DNA of 63,904 nucleotides, counting the filler, from Octopus bimaculoides (taxonomy: Eukaryota): the NCBI RefSeq assembly GCF_001194135.2. It is 4 parts of 4 records of this genome, joined end to end, with 100 filler letters (N's around TTAATTAATTAA, not from the genome) between each part and the next. Parts side by side here need not be neighbours in the genome. Positions count along the whole stretch, not along the records: positions 1 to 31,442 come from NC_068983.1; 3 more parts are not named here. The stretch is one strand, 5' to 3'. Under the pieces are notes generated by a model. It was not told the origin of the DNA. It saw nothing but the letters and a program-made list of their open reading frames with translations, and did not search any database. Positions 13,213-26,421 of the stretch are shown here, piece after piece. The position numbers and the translations under genes are program-made. Positions within the stretch are counted from its first letter, which is position 1. Each line of letters starts with the position of its first letter.

Positions 13213-13455
13213 AAGCAGATCGTATGCATATATCTATGTGTGTGTGTCTTTGTGTCTGTGTTTGTCCTCCATCACCGCTTAACAACGAGTGCTGGTGAGT
13301 TGACTTATCCGCAACTTACTGGTTCTGCAAAAGAGACCGACAGATATGTACAAGACTTTAAAAAAGTCCTGGTGTCGATTTGCTCGACTAAAAACCCTTC
13401 AAGGTGGTTCCCCAGCATGGCCGCAGTCAAATGAATGGAGCAAGTTTTGAAAAGT
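13213..13455 (+). mobile_element. SINE family C, 3' half
   Basis: Contains the family tail ...cagcatggccgcagtcaaatga. Confidence 0.8.
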
Positions 13456-14161
13456 GAAAAAGAACGATATGTGTTATCACTTTGATTGGAAGGTTTGTTC
13501 AAGCTATTCCATCGCAACGTAGGTATAAAATCTGACATACACCAAGGTTCCCTTATGCAGTCTACAATTTTCAACTGCGTATTTCTAATTAAACTGCAAT
13601 ACACGCGGTCACACACACACACACACACACGCCTAAATATGACATACCGACAGTCGGTATGTCTTCGGAACATAATATCATCCAGACTTATGCTACTACT
13701 AACACCATGAATGGAGATTGGAGAATATTTCAGGACAGAATATTTTATATTTCAACGCCATGAAGGTGCAGTCACTACTATTATCAATAAAACAGTCGTG
13801 CTTGAATAACGAATACAAGAAATGCCGCTAAAATTGCCTCCAATCTTTCATCATAGTAATTTTGGAAGAATAACATTGATCAGAAATAAGCATTTGAATA
13901 TTGTGGACGGTATAAGAGAACCTTGATGCACACCAGATTTTATACAGTGCGATTTTATAAAGAGCGATGGAATAACTCGAACATCCTTTCCGATCAAAGT
14001 AATGACTCGTGAATCTTTCTTTTTCCATTTTAACCACCCTCAGTGTTCACTTGTTTGACCAACTGAAATATGAGGATTGCTGAATTGATGTGTGACTGAC
14101 TGCATATTCCACAGACATGTGTATTGTTAATGTAATTCTCAGTGCAAAAATGTTGAATTAC

Positions 14162-14360
14162 CGTTATAATCAATCCGATGGGTTTCTGCACAGATTAAAT
14201 CTACCCAATGAATGGATTCACTCGAGTCTATCGAAAATAACACATGATCAGGATGCAGCAGAGGGAATCGAAATTGAGGCCTCATTATTGTGAGATGTAC
14301 ATCATAACCATTCACCCGTATAGTTGCCACCTTACCGAATCCGTAACAAACATTGTCATT
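14162..14360 (-). CDS. Candidate internal exon (phase 0 to 1), product unknown
   Basis: Acceptor tattttctgtttctgaag, 66 open codons NDNVCYGFGKVATIRVNGYD...THRIDYN, donor G|gtaatt. Overlaps a competing + strand exon-like frame. Confidence 0.3.
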
Positions 14361-14578
14361 CTTCAGAAACAGAAAATACTTCAGCTTTGATCTGGTGTGC
14401 CTAAATGCACACAAGATTTTTATGTTTATGTATGTATTCATGTATGTTTGCGTGTGGGTGTGTGGGTGGTTGGGTGCGTGCGTATGTGTGTGTCTGTGTG
14501 CGTGTGTGTGTGTGTGTGTGTATCTATGTATGCGTACGTGTGTATGTACGTGTGTATGTTCCTCCTCAATGCACGCAG

Positions 14579-14727
14579 CGATAGGATTCTTTGACATGAA
14601 CGTTCCAATCCAAGATGTAATAATTGGATGGAATTACAGAATGGAAACATTCACTGGCGAGGAAGATATGACCCTTATCAGAATCGTTGGAGAATATAAC
14701 CCATCTCTAGTTCATATTTCTAAGATG
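14579..14727 (+). CDS. Candidate internal exon (phase 1 to 0)
   Basis: Acceptor cctcaatgcacgcag, 49 open codons IGFFDMNVPIQDVIIGWNYRMETF...HISKM, donor ATG|gtgcgg. Confidence 0.35.
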
Positions 14728-14883
14728 GTGCGGACGTTCCTGCTAATACTATATTAACACACTTTAGATCTCATCAACGAAAACCATTATTGGCAGATAT
14801 ATTGTTGCTAACACAACACAATGACTGTTTCACAAACACTCATTTTTCTGCTTTCCAATACCATTATTATTAAATTGTTGGGT

Positions 14884-15097
14884 AAGGCGGTGAGGTGGCG
14901 GAATCGTTAGCAAACCAGACTACATGTATAACGACATTTCGCCCATTCTTACGTTCAGAATTCAAATGCTGGCGAGGTCACCCGTATTTTCATCCTTTTA
15001 GATTCGATAACAAAGTACTCGTCAAACACTGGAGTCGACGCAATCGACCAATGCAGTGTCCCAAAATTTCAGACTGTGCCTATAATAGAAAAGATAA
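14884..15097 (+). mobile_element. SINE family D (diverged)
   Basis: aaggcggtgaggtggcggaatcgttagca head; shared body with other D copies. Confidence 0.8.
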
Positions 15098-15156
15098 TTA
15101 AACATCGATTTTTGTTTTGTTTGGTGTTTTTGTTTTGTTGTTGTTATGCAGAAATA

Positions 15157-15327
15157 GGCGCAGGAGTGGCTGTGTGGTAAATAGTTTGCCAACCAACCAC
15201 ATAGTTCCGGGTTCAGTCCCACTGCGTGGCATCTTGGACAAGTGTCTTCTACTATAGCCTCGGGCCGACCAAAGACTTGTGAATGGATTTGGTAGACGGA
15301 AACTGAAAGAAGCCCGTCGTATATATG

Positions 15328-15372
<45 letters not shown>
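15157..15372 (+). mobile_element. SINE family C, 5' half running into a gap
   Basis: A-box TGGCTGTGTGG, B-box GGTTCAGTCCC, CORE-like cttggacaagtgtctt, then (TA)n(TG)n. Confidence 0.9.
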
Positions 15373-16298
15373 NNNNNNNNNNNNNNNNNNNNNNNNNNNN
15401 NNNNNNNNNNNNNNNNNNNNNNNNNNNNNNNNNNNNNNNNNNNNNNNNNNNNNNNNNNNNNNNNNNNNNNNNNNNNNNNNNNNNNNNNNNNNNNNNNNNN
15501 NNNNNNNNNNNNNNNNNNNNNNNNNNNNNNNNNNNNNNNNNNNNNNNNNNNNNNNNNNNNNNNNNNNNNNNNNNNNNNNNNNNNNNNNNNNNNNNNNNNN
15601 NNNNNNNNNNNNNNNNNNNNNNNNNNNNNNNNNNNNNNNNNNNNNNNNNNNNNNNNNNNNNNNNNNNNNNNNNNNNNNNNNNNNNNNNNNNNNNNNNNNN
15701 NNNNNNNNNNNNNNNNNNNNNNNNNNNNNNNNNNNNNNNNNNNNNNNNNNNNNNNNNNNNNNNNNNNNNNNNNNNNNNNNNNNNNNNNNNNNNNNNNNNN
15801 NNNNNNNNNNNNNNNNNNNNNNNNNNNNNNNNNNNNNNNNNNNNNNNNNNNNNNNNNNNNNNNNNNNNNNNNNNNNNNNNNNNNNNNNNNNNNNNNNNNN
15901 NNNNNNNNNNNGTTTGACCTAAAAACATCCTCTGCAAATGTTTAAAATAAACCTCAACCGAGTTCACTCCATAAGTCAAGGAGAATCTGGGAACGTCATA
16001 TTTTCATGTGAGTTGTCTTTCAAACTGACACGTATGTGTGTACGTTAGTGTGTGTCAGTGAGTGTGCATGTCTGTCTGTCTATGTATGCATGTATGCATG
16101 TATGTATGCATGTATGTATGCACGTATATATGTATGTGTGTGTGTATGTATGTATGCATGTATGTATGTATGTATGTATGTATGTATGTATGTATGTATG
16201 TATGTACCTATATATGAACATCATTTTGTGTTCATGAATGAAATATAGTATTGCCTGCCTTCTCGCAATGCATGCTGGCTGACAATCCACTATATATA

Positions 16299-16339
<41 letters not shown>

Positions 16340-16548
16340 GTGTGTGTAGGTGTGCGCGTACATGTGTGTTTATGTATATAAATGTATCTGTGTGTCTACG
16401 TATCTATGTGTGCATGTATGTATGCATATGTATATATGGAGATACATCCGCATACGTATGTGCATATATGCATACACATGCATGCTCATGCACACATACA
16501 CATACGTAAAAACACGCGCGCGCACACACATATTCCTTCTTTGCTTAG

Positions 16549-16674
16549 AAGTTGTTGATCGACCCTTTGCTATGATAGAAGAGACAGCCTTAGGGTACTG
16601 GACAACGGGATCGAAACAAGAGCTATATAGTTGTAAGCTGAACTTCTTAACCAGACATCCATATATACAAAGAG
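16549..16674 (+). CDS. Candidate exon of the large host gene (phase 1 to 1)
   Basis: Acceptor tattccttctttgcttag, donor AG|gtaaac. Only one frame is open: VVDRPFAMIEETALGYWTTGSKQELYSCKLNFLTRHPYIQR. Confidence 0.6.
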
Positions 16675-16676
16675 GT

Positions 16677-16707
<31 letters not shown>

Positions 16708-17312
16708 CTAGGTGGGGGAAGAACAACTAAGTGAAGGAAAGACAAACATAGCATGACACGGATAAATAAATTTGTAGGTAATTAAACTGATATGCATTTG
16801 ATAAATAAACACTGCAATATTAATTGCTAATTGTAAAGTAGATCATGACGAACCTGACTGTGCAGCGAAAGTACATTAAAATAATTACTTCTTGCTTTAA
16901 GCATGAAGCTTGAAGCTACACACCATAATAGGACAGGTTTTTCGCCAATATGCGTGCAACATGCTAGATATTTCGTTCTGTTCTCCTAACCTTTGTATCC
17001 TAACTGAACATTATATTGACAAGTATTCCGATGTCAGATATGTGCATTAATAAAGATAGTATTTTAGTAATCTTCATTATTCCACACACAGACCAAAAAA
17101 AAAAAAAGCGTAGCTGACATTTCTGTACAGACACTCTTCTTCCACCAGTTCATTAATATAAGCATGTGCGGTGTGCGAGTGTATGCATACATACATATGT
17201 GTGTGTGTGTATGTATACACACACACACATATATATGTATATAAATATATATAGAATCCTATATGCATATACATATCTATATATATATATATAGATAACC
17301 CTATACACATAG

Positions 17313-17375
<63 letters not shown>

Positions 17376-17607
17376 NNNNNNNNNNNNNNNNNNNNNNNNN
17401 NNNNNNNNNNNNNNNNNNNNNNNNNNNNNNNNNNNNNNNNNNNNNNNNNNNNNNNNNNNNNNNNNNNNNNNNNNNNNNNNNNNNNNNNNNNNNNNNNNNN
17501 NNNNNNNNNNNNNNNNNNNNNNNNNNNNNNNNNNNNNNNNNNNNNNNNNNNNNNNNNNNNNNNNNNNNNNNNNNNNNNNNNATATACATATATATACATT
17601 CGTATAG

Positions 17608-17659
<52 letters not shown>

Positions 17660-17916
17660 ATCTATACATGTGTGAATATAGGTATGTCGGTATACGTCTG
17701 TATCAGAAATGATCTTATTATTATTTTCATTATCAGTAGTAGTAGTTGTATTATTATTATTATTATTATTATTATCATTAGAAATTTGCACTTTGAACAT
17801 GTCAGCGGATTCATGTCTTGATATGTAGGGTTCTGCGTCCTACTGTAGTCCGCCACCATATCACTCTTCTTCGCTATTTTCTTGCCTGACAAACTGCTCG
17901 TTTTCAGATTGTGTCC

Positions 17917-18025
<109 letters not shown>

Positions 18026-18149
18026 TTATGTATCTATCTATCTCGCACTCTCTCTCTTTCTCTTTCTCTCTCTCATTCTTTCTCTCTTTCTTATTGATAG
18101 CTTTTCTTATTCTTCTGTTTTTATTTCTTTATCTTGATATATGTAATTT

Positions 18150-18520
18150 TACTAACACTGCTCCCATAGATGCAATCTTTTGTTCGTCGTTAATAGCTCT
18201 CTAGAGCTCCTATCAATTTCTTCAATTTCGCTGCTCGACCACTGAAGAAATGCTGCCGAATATCTCAATATTGGTATTGTCCAGGTGTCGATACCTGTAA
18301 CGACGTTGCTTTTTTGGGGGTTTTTTTCATGTTATTTCTAGAACTTCATGGCGCCCCTTATTGTTATTTTTTTTTTGTCTCCAATGTTATCTTTCATTTT
18401 CTCTATGATGGATATTTTTATTAATTTGAATTCCCGTGTCTTCGTGTCCTAGCATGCCATTACTGCAATAACTAAGCTAGGTATGTGCACCTTGGATACA
18501 TTTAGTATCTTTTTCTTTGT
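18150..18520 (-). mobile_element. Dong/R4-clade LINE remnant (post-RT region)
   Basis: Minus strand reads GIDTWTIPILRYSAAFLQWSSSEIEEIDRSSRELLTTNKRLH, matching the AINTWAIP..RYS...W...EL..LDR motif. Confidence 0.75.
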
Positions 18521-19284
18521 GTGTGTGTGTTTTTACGTAATATTCCGAACACATCATGTAATATCTTGTTACAGTCCTCAGTAGTACTTTTTTCTGTCCG
18601 TTATGTAAAATTATGTAACTCCTATGGTTAGCTCAAGTATTTATTTCATACATAACAAGCGTAGAATAGAGGTATTGGTGTACATATATTCCACGTTTAC
18701 AGCTGTTTCAACAACATATGCGTAGCATAAACATTTAACATGCTGAAGAACATGAATATATGAATCATGATTGTGTAATATCGATTATGTAATATGTGCT
18801 ACATAACGAAAGGCTCATACTCATTTTCTATTAATATTGATGAGTAAATTGCTACAAGCAGAGTTCAGATCTTTATATACATCTTCACGAGGGCATTTTG
18901 TTAAAACGCCTAATACTGCAGTGTTTGCTTTGAGAGGTTCCTTTATAAGGACGCATTGAACGACATATATAATGACGCATAGACAAACATTGTATAATGA
19001 CGCACAGACATATATCGTAGCAGACGAGAAACGACTGGCATGTGCGACAGAGCTACCCGATCGCCTAATTTCAGCTCACTCTGCATCTTCAATGACAGCT
19101 GACCGCTTGTTGCATACTGGCCTAATTTCGCTGCTATATAGTATAGCAGTCAGTTTTCAGGCACACATATCGTAAATAAGCAACAGTCTTATTAAAAAGT
19201 AAATATTAGCGACGGTAACAGTATCAATACCAAATGCCAATTTCGTGAATTCACCTAGACAGAAAGACAGACAGAAATGTTAAT

Positions 19285-19304
19285 AGATAGATAGATAGAT
19301 AGAT

Positions 19305-19381
<77 letters not shown>
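19285..19381. repeat. (GATA)n microsatellite
   Basis: Read directly from the sequence. Confidence 0.95.
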
Positions 19382-19382
<1 letters not shown>

Positions 19383-19723
19383 CTTTTCTTTTTGGGAGGG
19401 GGAAGGAAAAAAGGGGGGGGTCGATCAAAAGGGATCGTAGGAAGGAAAAAGGGGGGAGTTCGATCAAAAGGGATCGAAAAAAAAAGGGCGATCAATAGGG
19501 ATCGTGTATCACACAGTAATGTTCTCGTGTAAAAGGAGAGGAGGACAGTTTAGGTTTGGCCGTGGAAAGAAAAGCCTACGGAAAAGACCACGGTAACCTT
19601 GGTCAATATTCTCATTGAAGAAACTATAACAGTAAGTGACTCTCTTTTGCCTTTTTTTTTTCTTGGATTTTTTTCTAGTTCATAGGGTTATGCTCAAGAT
19701 AACAGATAGATAGATAGACAGAC

Positions 19724-19797
<74 letters not shown>

Positions 19798-19799
19798 GT

Positions 19800-20185
19800 T
19801 CTAGGTAAATTCCATCTCGTTAAATTCCACCACTACCATCAGTATATTTTTGCCGAAAGGTGGCTGAATGTGACGAGGATGGCCTGTGTAAATGGGCCTA
19901 TTCTGAACATTCGTTTCTAAAACAGAGGAGTTGAGAAGGAAAGGGGTACCTGCCAAGGTGCACCTGACGGTCGGGGTAACAAAGATGTGTGGAGTTTCTC
20001 AGTTGTCCCTGTGAGGAAATTACCCCTTTGCGGGAATTTTTATTGTTTAATTATTGTTAATTGTCATTGTTATTTTATTGTTTATTCGATTTTTGTGTTA
20101 AGCCCCACGTGTTCCTTGCTTTGTATTGCCCTATTTGTTTTTGTGTTCAGCCCGTGTGGCCTATAAGGAAACGATTATCATTATT
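19800..20185 (+). mobile_element. Probable L1/Tx1-type LINE 3' end
   Basis: FAERWLNVTRMACVNGPILNIRF* resembles Tx1-type ORF2 C-termini. A T-rich 3' UTR follows, ending in an AATAAA-like/ATT tail. Family assignment is from recall only. Confidence 0.45.
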
Positions 20186-21353
20186 ACTCTCACTATCGTT
20201 CCTTTTTATCACAGGTTTTCTGGAACTCCTGGATTTTTGCATGCGTATCAGGTTTGCTATTTGCAGCTGAAAAAAAAAAAGCCTTTTTCTAACATAGATT
20301 CAAGGTTCCTTCATTGGCATTTCAACATCAACAACAGGGCATTTTTGTTTGTATATATCTATATATGCAGATTTTATGTTTTGCTTTATCTATGTATTTT
20401 CATGCATATATTCGCATATCTAGACATATGTATGTATGTATGTATGTATGTTTGTATGTATGTATGTATGTATGTATGTATGAGTGCTGATTTGCTTGCT
20501 TTGTTTTACGTATGCCTTTTCATGCATATACTTACATATCTACACATGCTTATATATACTTAAATATGTACTTAAATGATAAATTTTTGAAAAGTTTTAC
20601 AGTCAGTGGCATGTATTTGTGTTTCCTTTTTCTGTGTTGATTCTATCGAATCTTTTTTGGTTTTTAACGCACATTTCAGCAGACGCGATTGTGTGGTTTA
20701 GAAGGTCGCTTTCAAATTATGTGATTCGGAGTTCGATCTTATAACAAAGAACCAGGACTTTTAGGATACCTTTGGGCAAATCCAAGCCTTGCGAGTGGAA
20801 CTGAGTAGTTGATCTGTATGTGTTCTTTATGTCTCTCCTAGTATTAACACTTCCATCAACTTACTACACTCCTCATCTTTATATGCTTATGTAATACTAG
20901 TGGCTGAAATTAAACTTAAAATCGTTGTATTATTCAACACTCTCTTCATGGCTCTTAATTTATACTCTTCTTTGGACAACAGTATGGATCTCTTCAGAAA
21001 ACGCTTACAAAAACAGCTTAATTAAGGCGTCTGGTGGTATGCTTAGTTTTATTAATGCTATGCATCCTGAGACTACATGATGGAGTGTTATCATCACAGT
21101 CTACATTCAACTAATACATATTTCAACTAACGTCGTCATCCTGTTGTTGCTTAGTTCCGCATGAGTTAACCTCTGACATTAGTCAGTCATGCCATGATCA
21201 CCCTATTGTGGTTTCAGTAGTAGTGTATTCTGAATTACATTATAGAATGAGACTTTTAATGACGATGACGTGGAACTTGGTTGCTCTTTCTGGCATGTCT
21301 AGCGATCACATTTCTCATGTCTTTCTCGTTGATTGGAATGTAGTTACTTATTC

Positions 21354-21737
21354 GTGGAGGCGCAATGACCCAGTGGTTAGGGCAACGGACTCGCGGTCAT
21401 AGGATCGCGGTTTCGATTCCTAGACCGGGCGTTGTGAGTGTTTATTGAGCGAAAACACCTAAAGCTCCACGAGGCTCCAGTAGGGGATGGTGGCGAACCC
21501 TGCTGTACTCTTTCACCACAACTTTCTATCACTCTTACTTCCTGTTTCTGTTGTGCCTGTAATTCAAAAGGCAGCCTTGTCACACTGTGTCACGTTGAAT
21601 ATCCCCGAGAACTACATTAAGGGTACACGTGTCTGTGGAGTGCTCAGCCACTTGCACGTTAATTTCACGAGCAGGCTGTTCCGTTGATCGGATCAACTGG
21701 AACCTTCGACGTCGTAAGCGACGGAGTGCCAACAACA
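21354..21737 (+). mobile_element. tRNA-derived SINE family A, full length
   Basis: A-box TGACCCAGTGG, B-box GTTTCGATTCC, (CAA) tail. Near-identical to 30659-30960 (-) and 42484-42829 (+). Confidence 0.9.
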
Positions 21738-22423
21738 GCATATTTATTGATGGACAGGCAGTGATCTTGAACTGCTTTCAGAAAGCTCTGAGTTTCAGCT
21801 TTTCAACTTCTTCACATCCACAACTCAGATCGTTATGTGAACCATATTTACTCCTTTTGACTTCGTAACACTATTGACCGTGCGAAGGTTTTTCTCGCCA
21901 TCTACTTATCATTACCTTTTCAGGTGAATTGCTTATTTATCTCCCATTTATTTTTTGCTTTCTTCAAATGATTTGTTTTCTTGTTCCTCCCCTACTCAAA
22001 CTACTTTGTTGTATTTGTCCGACTTTACACAGATAAAAGTATATTGTTTCTAGAATTGTTTCTTAACTGAGCGTGTTAATCTCCTGCTATTTACTGCTCT
22101 AATTTTACAGTCCTCCTCTATGATAAATATAGCCAAGCAGTGTCTACTTAAGTGGTGGTAGGAGAAACATCTTCAGCATGCAGCTCTCATTTAAGCTACT
22201 TAGTTCATTCGCTTTCAAAATTAATACATTAAAAGTTATTTATTTCATTAAAATATGTTATATTAAAATGTATTGCATTAAAACAATTTGCTGGTATGGC
22301 TCATACATTAATAGTCACACTCTTAGAACATAGTTCTATTCTAAGTCTAAATCACCAGTAATATCTTTTCTGATGGGGTTTTTCTTCTCTTTTCAATCTG
22401 GAATATTATATTTTATTTTTAAG

Positions 22424-22630
22424 ACAGCGTGCTGGGGGAGACTCGTTAGCACGCCGGGCAAAATGCTAAGCAGTATCACGTCCGTTTTTACGTTCTGAGT
22501 TCGAATTCCTCCGAGGTCGACTTTGCCTTTCATCAATGAAATAAATACCTGTTTAGCACTGGGATCAAATTAATCCAATTACACCTTCCCTAAAATTGCT
22601 TCCTTCGTGCCAAAATTTGAAACCAATATT
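22424..22630 (+). mobile_element. SINE family D
   Basis: gttagcacgccgggc...ttctgagttcgaattcc...gaggtcgactttgcctttcatc. Confidence 0.85.
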
Positions 22631-22832
22631 ATATTTTTTCTTGTTCGTAAGTTCGTCCTTCTTTTAATTCGTCCATCTTTGTTTAATTTTGTTTAATTTT
22701 GAACCGTGTTCTTAGACGCTTTGTTCTTTATATTGTATCTTTACACATAAATACACATATTTCCCTTGAAATATAGATATCTTCACTAAAATGCTATGCA
22801 TTTTATAAATCATCATTATTAATAATACTAGT

Positions 22833-22992
22833 AAGGCGGTGTGCAGGTAGAATCGTTAGTAAACCGGATAAAAATGATTAGAAGCATTTCTTCCGGCTGT
22901 TTATGTGCAGAGCACTATGGTTGATGTAATTGACTTGCTCCGCTCCACCAAAATTACAGACCTGGTGCTTATAGTAGAGATGAAAGGATTAT
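22833..22992 (+). mobile_element. SINE family D, internally deleted
   Basis: Head and tail homology to other D copies. Confidence 0.7.
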
Positions 22993-25217
22993 TAATAGAA
23001 GTAGTATTTCATTGTTTTAATTGTTATTATACTTAGTCTGAGTTCAAATCACGCAGTGGTCATTTTTGCTTTACATTGGAGTCGATTTAGTCCATCATTT
23101 CTCCTTCTCCAAAATATCAGGTTCTTCTATCTAAGAAACAGTTATCATATTTATTTATTATGGTTTAACGACTATGTCTAGATATTCCTTTATCACAGCA
23201 CAAAAGTTTAGGTACTTCTTGGAAATATTCATAAAACTATTAAAAGTCAGTAAATGCTTGTTATTGTGATTTGACAACATTTATGTAATAGTGTATTGTT
23301 TTCTGGAATATATCATCTGTGTATATTCCTATTAAATTGTGAATGCTTTACCGAATAGGTTATGCACCATTGTGGTTATACCACTTGTATATGAGAATCA
23401 CACATTTCATATATGTTCTAATGTATTTAATTCAATATATCCGTCAATGTAAACCTTAATTTTGCAGCTCACTTCTGCGCAACTTGATAGTAATTCGCTA
23501 TTTCTACAGTTATTAAAATACGATTGTCGTTTATATAATAGAAAATTATGTCAAATTTATTGTTGATAGATCGTTGTATGTCCGTTAGGTAAAATTCCGA
23601 AGGGATCTTTGAATTGAAATTTTCTAAGTCAGCTGGGGAAAGTACAGAACGGTTTGAATTAAGAAGTTGAAACTATGTAACAGCCTACACAAAGCAGTTT
23701 CTCTGACGGTTTTCTCATTCTAAGCATATTTTGTGTAGCTAATTTCGGCTATCGCGATACGAAATGATGTATTGCTCCAGACCGCATAGGTGACATTTGT
23801 TATCTATATTATAGGAATTATACATATTTTTACCAGCGTGCTTAACAGTCATTGCCTCTTCTTCAATGTCAATTGTGACCGTTTCCGCTACTCCATGAGA
23901 CTAAATTTGTTCATTCAGGCCAGTTAATGGAATGATTGGCTATGTAATGTCATGACTTTATGATTGTCTGTTATGCCCATCAGTTACTTCCTCTATATGT
24001 CTGTTTTTGACGTTACTTTTGTTTTAGATTCTCAATGTTCGAAACGTAATGCCTTTTCTTAAAGCAAGTTTGCTGCTACAGTGATTATCGATTTGCTACC
24101 TTTCCTATCATCATAGTCAACAAAAGTACGATGCAGTCTTTCTCTTGAGTTGAAAATATAGGGAACATTCTTAATAACTGTCTTCTTATACTGCTCCCTG
24201 ACATCAATAGTTCCTTGCTCGCTCTTCTCACAATTTTGTTATATGTAAGATTTATTGTATACTACGTGATATTTTCAAGAAATTCCTTAATATTGTAGTC
24301 TATTGGGGTTCTAAGTCCATCTTGCTGCTCTTCAATAAATACAAAACTACACATATCGCTTCTATTGCAAGTGTGTTAATGGTATTCGGGATTCTGTGAA
24401 TGTTTATGGGACTTCACTTGTTTTTATTGCCCTTTTATTTTTGTTTTCATAACTTTCACACATATAACTATATTCTCTACAATGCCCGAATGCCTTCAAT
24501 ATTCAGTATTATCCAGCATGTGTTCCGTTTTCGTCTAGTGTCTTGTAAATCAGGTGACCTATTTGATACTGTCTCGTTCAATTTGTTAACTTCATATATC
24601 TTTCGGGCCAAATGACATTTTTACACCTTCGCTAAATTCTCAAAATGAGCCGTATTTAATGGATGTATTTACATCCACGGAAAGAAAGACGGTAGTAACT
24701 GAGCCTAGTCACCCTCCTCCATATGTAGTAATAATTATTGTCTGTTTTATTATTTGCACACACGGAAGTCGCAATTTCCAGTGCCATTAAAATTGTGTGT
24801 ACGTATACGGACGTATAAGGAACACTAGGCAACCTTCAGAACGCTGAAGTTTCGTAGGGATATGATTATAAATGTGTTCAGTGTTAAATTTGAAAGGAGA
24901 AAAAAGGGTAGGGAGTTAAAATTTGCATCGCAGCAAAACAGCTACGAAACATTTTGAACAAAAATTGGTGACGAAGATTTTTCAAAAGCTATTGGCAGTG
25001 AAGAATATTGATTTTGCAATGAGATTGCGATATTACAATAGTTTATGGAATAATATCGGAAAAAAATAGCTTATATGTATTTACAGAGACTGTCTACATA
25101 CCAACATTGTGCCATGGAGATGATTGACGAAACACTTTATGCTGAGAATATTTCGTTCTAAACAATTTTAACAGCGAAGAAACAAAATCAAAATGTTTTA
25201 TTAAATAGGTAGAATAG

Positions 25218-25542
25218 TAAAAATCCCCTTCGGCCATGAATGACCATGGGATTGCACCTAGACTTTTCCGCTCCGAGGCACAAGTCATTTATGGAAGACC
25301 AGCAGTCGCCCATGCATACCAGCCTCCTCTCTCCCCAGCACCAATGTTATTCAAGGGAAAGGCAAAAGCCGATACAGTTTGGCACCCTTGACGTTGCAAC
25401 TCATTTCTACATCTGAGTGAACTGGTGCAATGTGAAATAAAGTGTCTTGCTCAAGAACACAACACACAGCCCGGGCCTGGAATCGAATTCCCTACCTCCT
25501 GATTGTGAGCCCGACACTTTAACCACTGAGCCATGCGCCTTT
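25218..25542 (-). mobile_element. tRNA/CORE-type SINE family B
   Basis: Minus strand: tggctcagtgg A-box, ttcgattcc B-box, CORE-like gtgttcttgagcaagacactttatttcacattgc. Confidence 0.85.
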
Positions 25543-25569
25543 GGTCACTGGCTTTAATTCATTAAAATA

Positions 25570-25795
25570 AACGTTTCAAATTTTGGCACAGAGACAGCAG
25601 TTTCTAAGAGGCAGGGGAATTCGATTACATCGATCTCAATAGTTGACTGATACTTATTTTATCGATACCGAAAGAATGAAAGATGAAGTCGAATTTAGCA
25701 GAATTCAAAACCTGAGTGCAAAGACCGATAAAATATCGCTAAGCATTTTGTTCGCCACACTAACGATTCTGCCAGTTCACCGTCTGACCAGACTT
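25570..25795 (-). mobile_element. SINE family D
   Basis: Reverse complement homologous to D copies over its full length. Confidence 0.8.
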
Positions 25796-26421
25796 TGAAT
25801 TAAAAAAAGAGTACCAGTTGATATAAAACATTGGGGATAGAACAATAGACCAATCTCCTATCCACCAAATTCCAGGATTTGTCCTTATATCCCAAACAGT
25901 TATTAAATGACAGCTTGCAAAGAGTCATTCTAGAATTCGCTACTGTTGTCGCTTTGTAATTTTGACTGCACCGCTACGACAATATACAACATGGATTAAG
26001 GTTATGCAGATATTCTTAAGAATAGTAATAATGTCACAGTCGACTTCATTTTCGTAACGGAATACTTTTAAATGTCAAAGCTTTAAATCTTGTTTTCATT
26101 AAATTAAAACAATAAATTGTCTACGAAAGAAAGAATCCACTAACAATGCTAAGTAGAACTGCTTTGCACGCAAATCCTAAATCAACAGCTATGTAACGGA
26201 AAAGTAAATATTATGATGTGTATGTATTTACCGAAAGGTTGTATGTACTTCTTGAATAGATACAATTCTAGATCCTCTGAATCGTCATTTTATTGTTTTG
26301 GTTAATAACATTCATCGTAAGTTTAGCTGTATATTGGAAAATACACTGGATACAATACTACATCAAAGAATTCTTTAGCAGCAGTTACACAGCCACATCC
26401 AATAACCAGAGCCGTTTAAAC

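Noticed and set aside
18170-18285. Strong + strand acceptor with branch point
   Set aside because: All three frames hit stops before a donor; the minus strand is a Dong/R4 remnant.
18697-18709. Minus-strand GAAACAGCTGTA hammerhead half-motif
   Set aside because: No CTGANGA or stem II at the required distance.
21354-21440. tRNA-like sequences at SINE heads
   Set aside because: A and B boxes are present but there is no complete cloverleaf, and each continues into a SINE body; not tRNA genes.
23150-24400. Purine-rich minus-strand stretch with faint RT-like peptides
   Set aside because: Too degenerate to assign by eye; needs a translated search against TE proteins.
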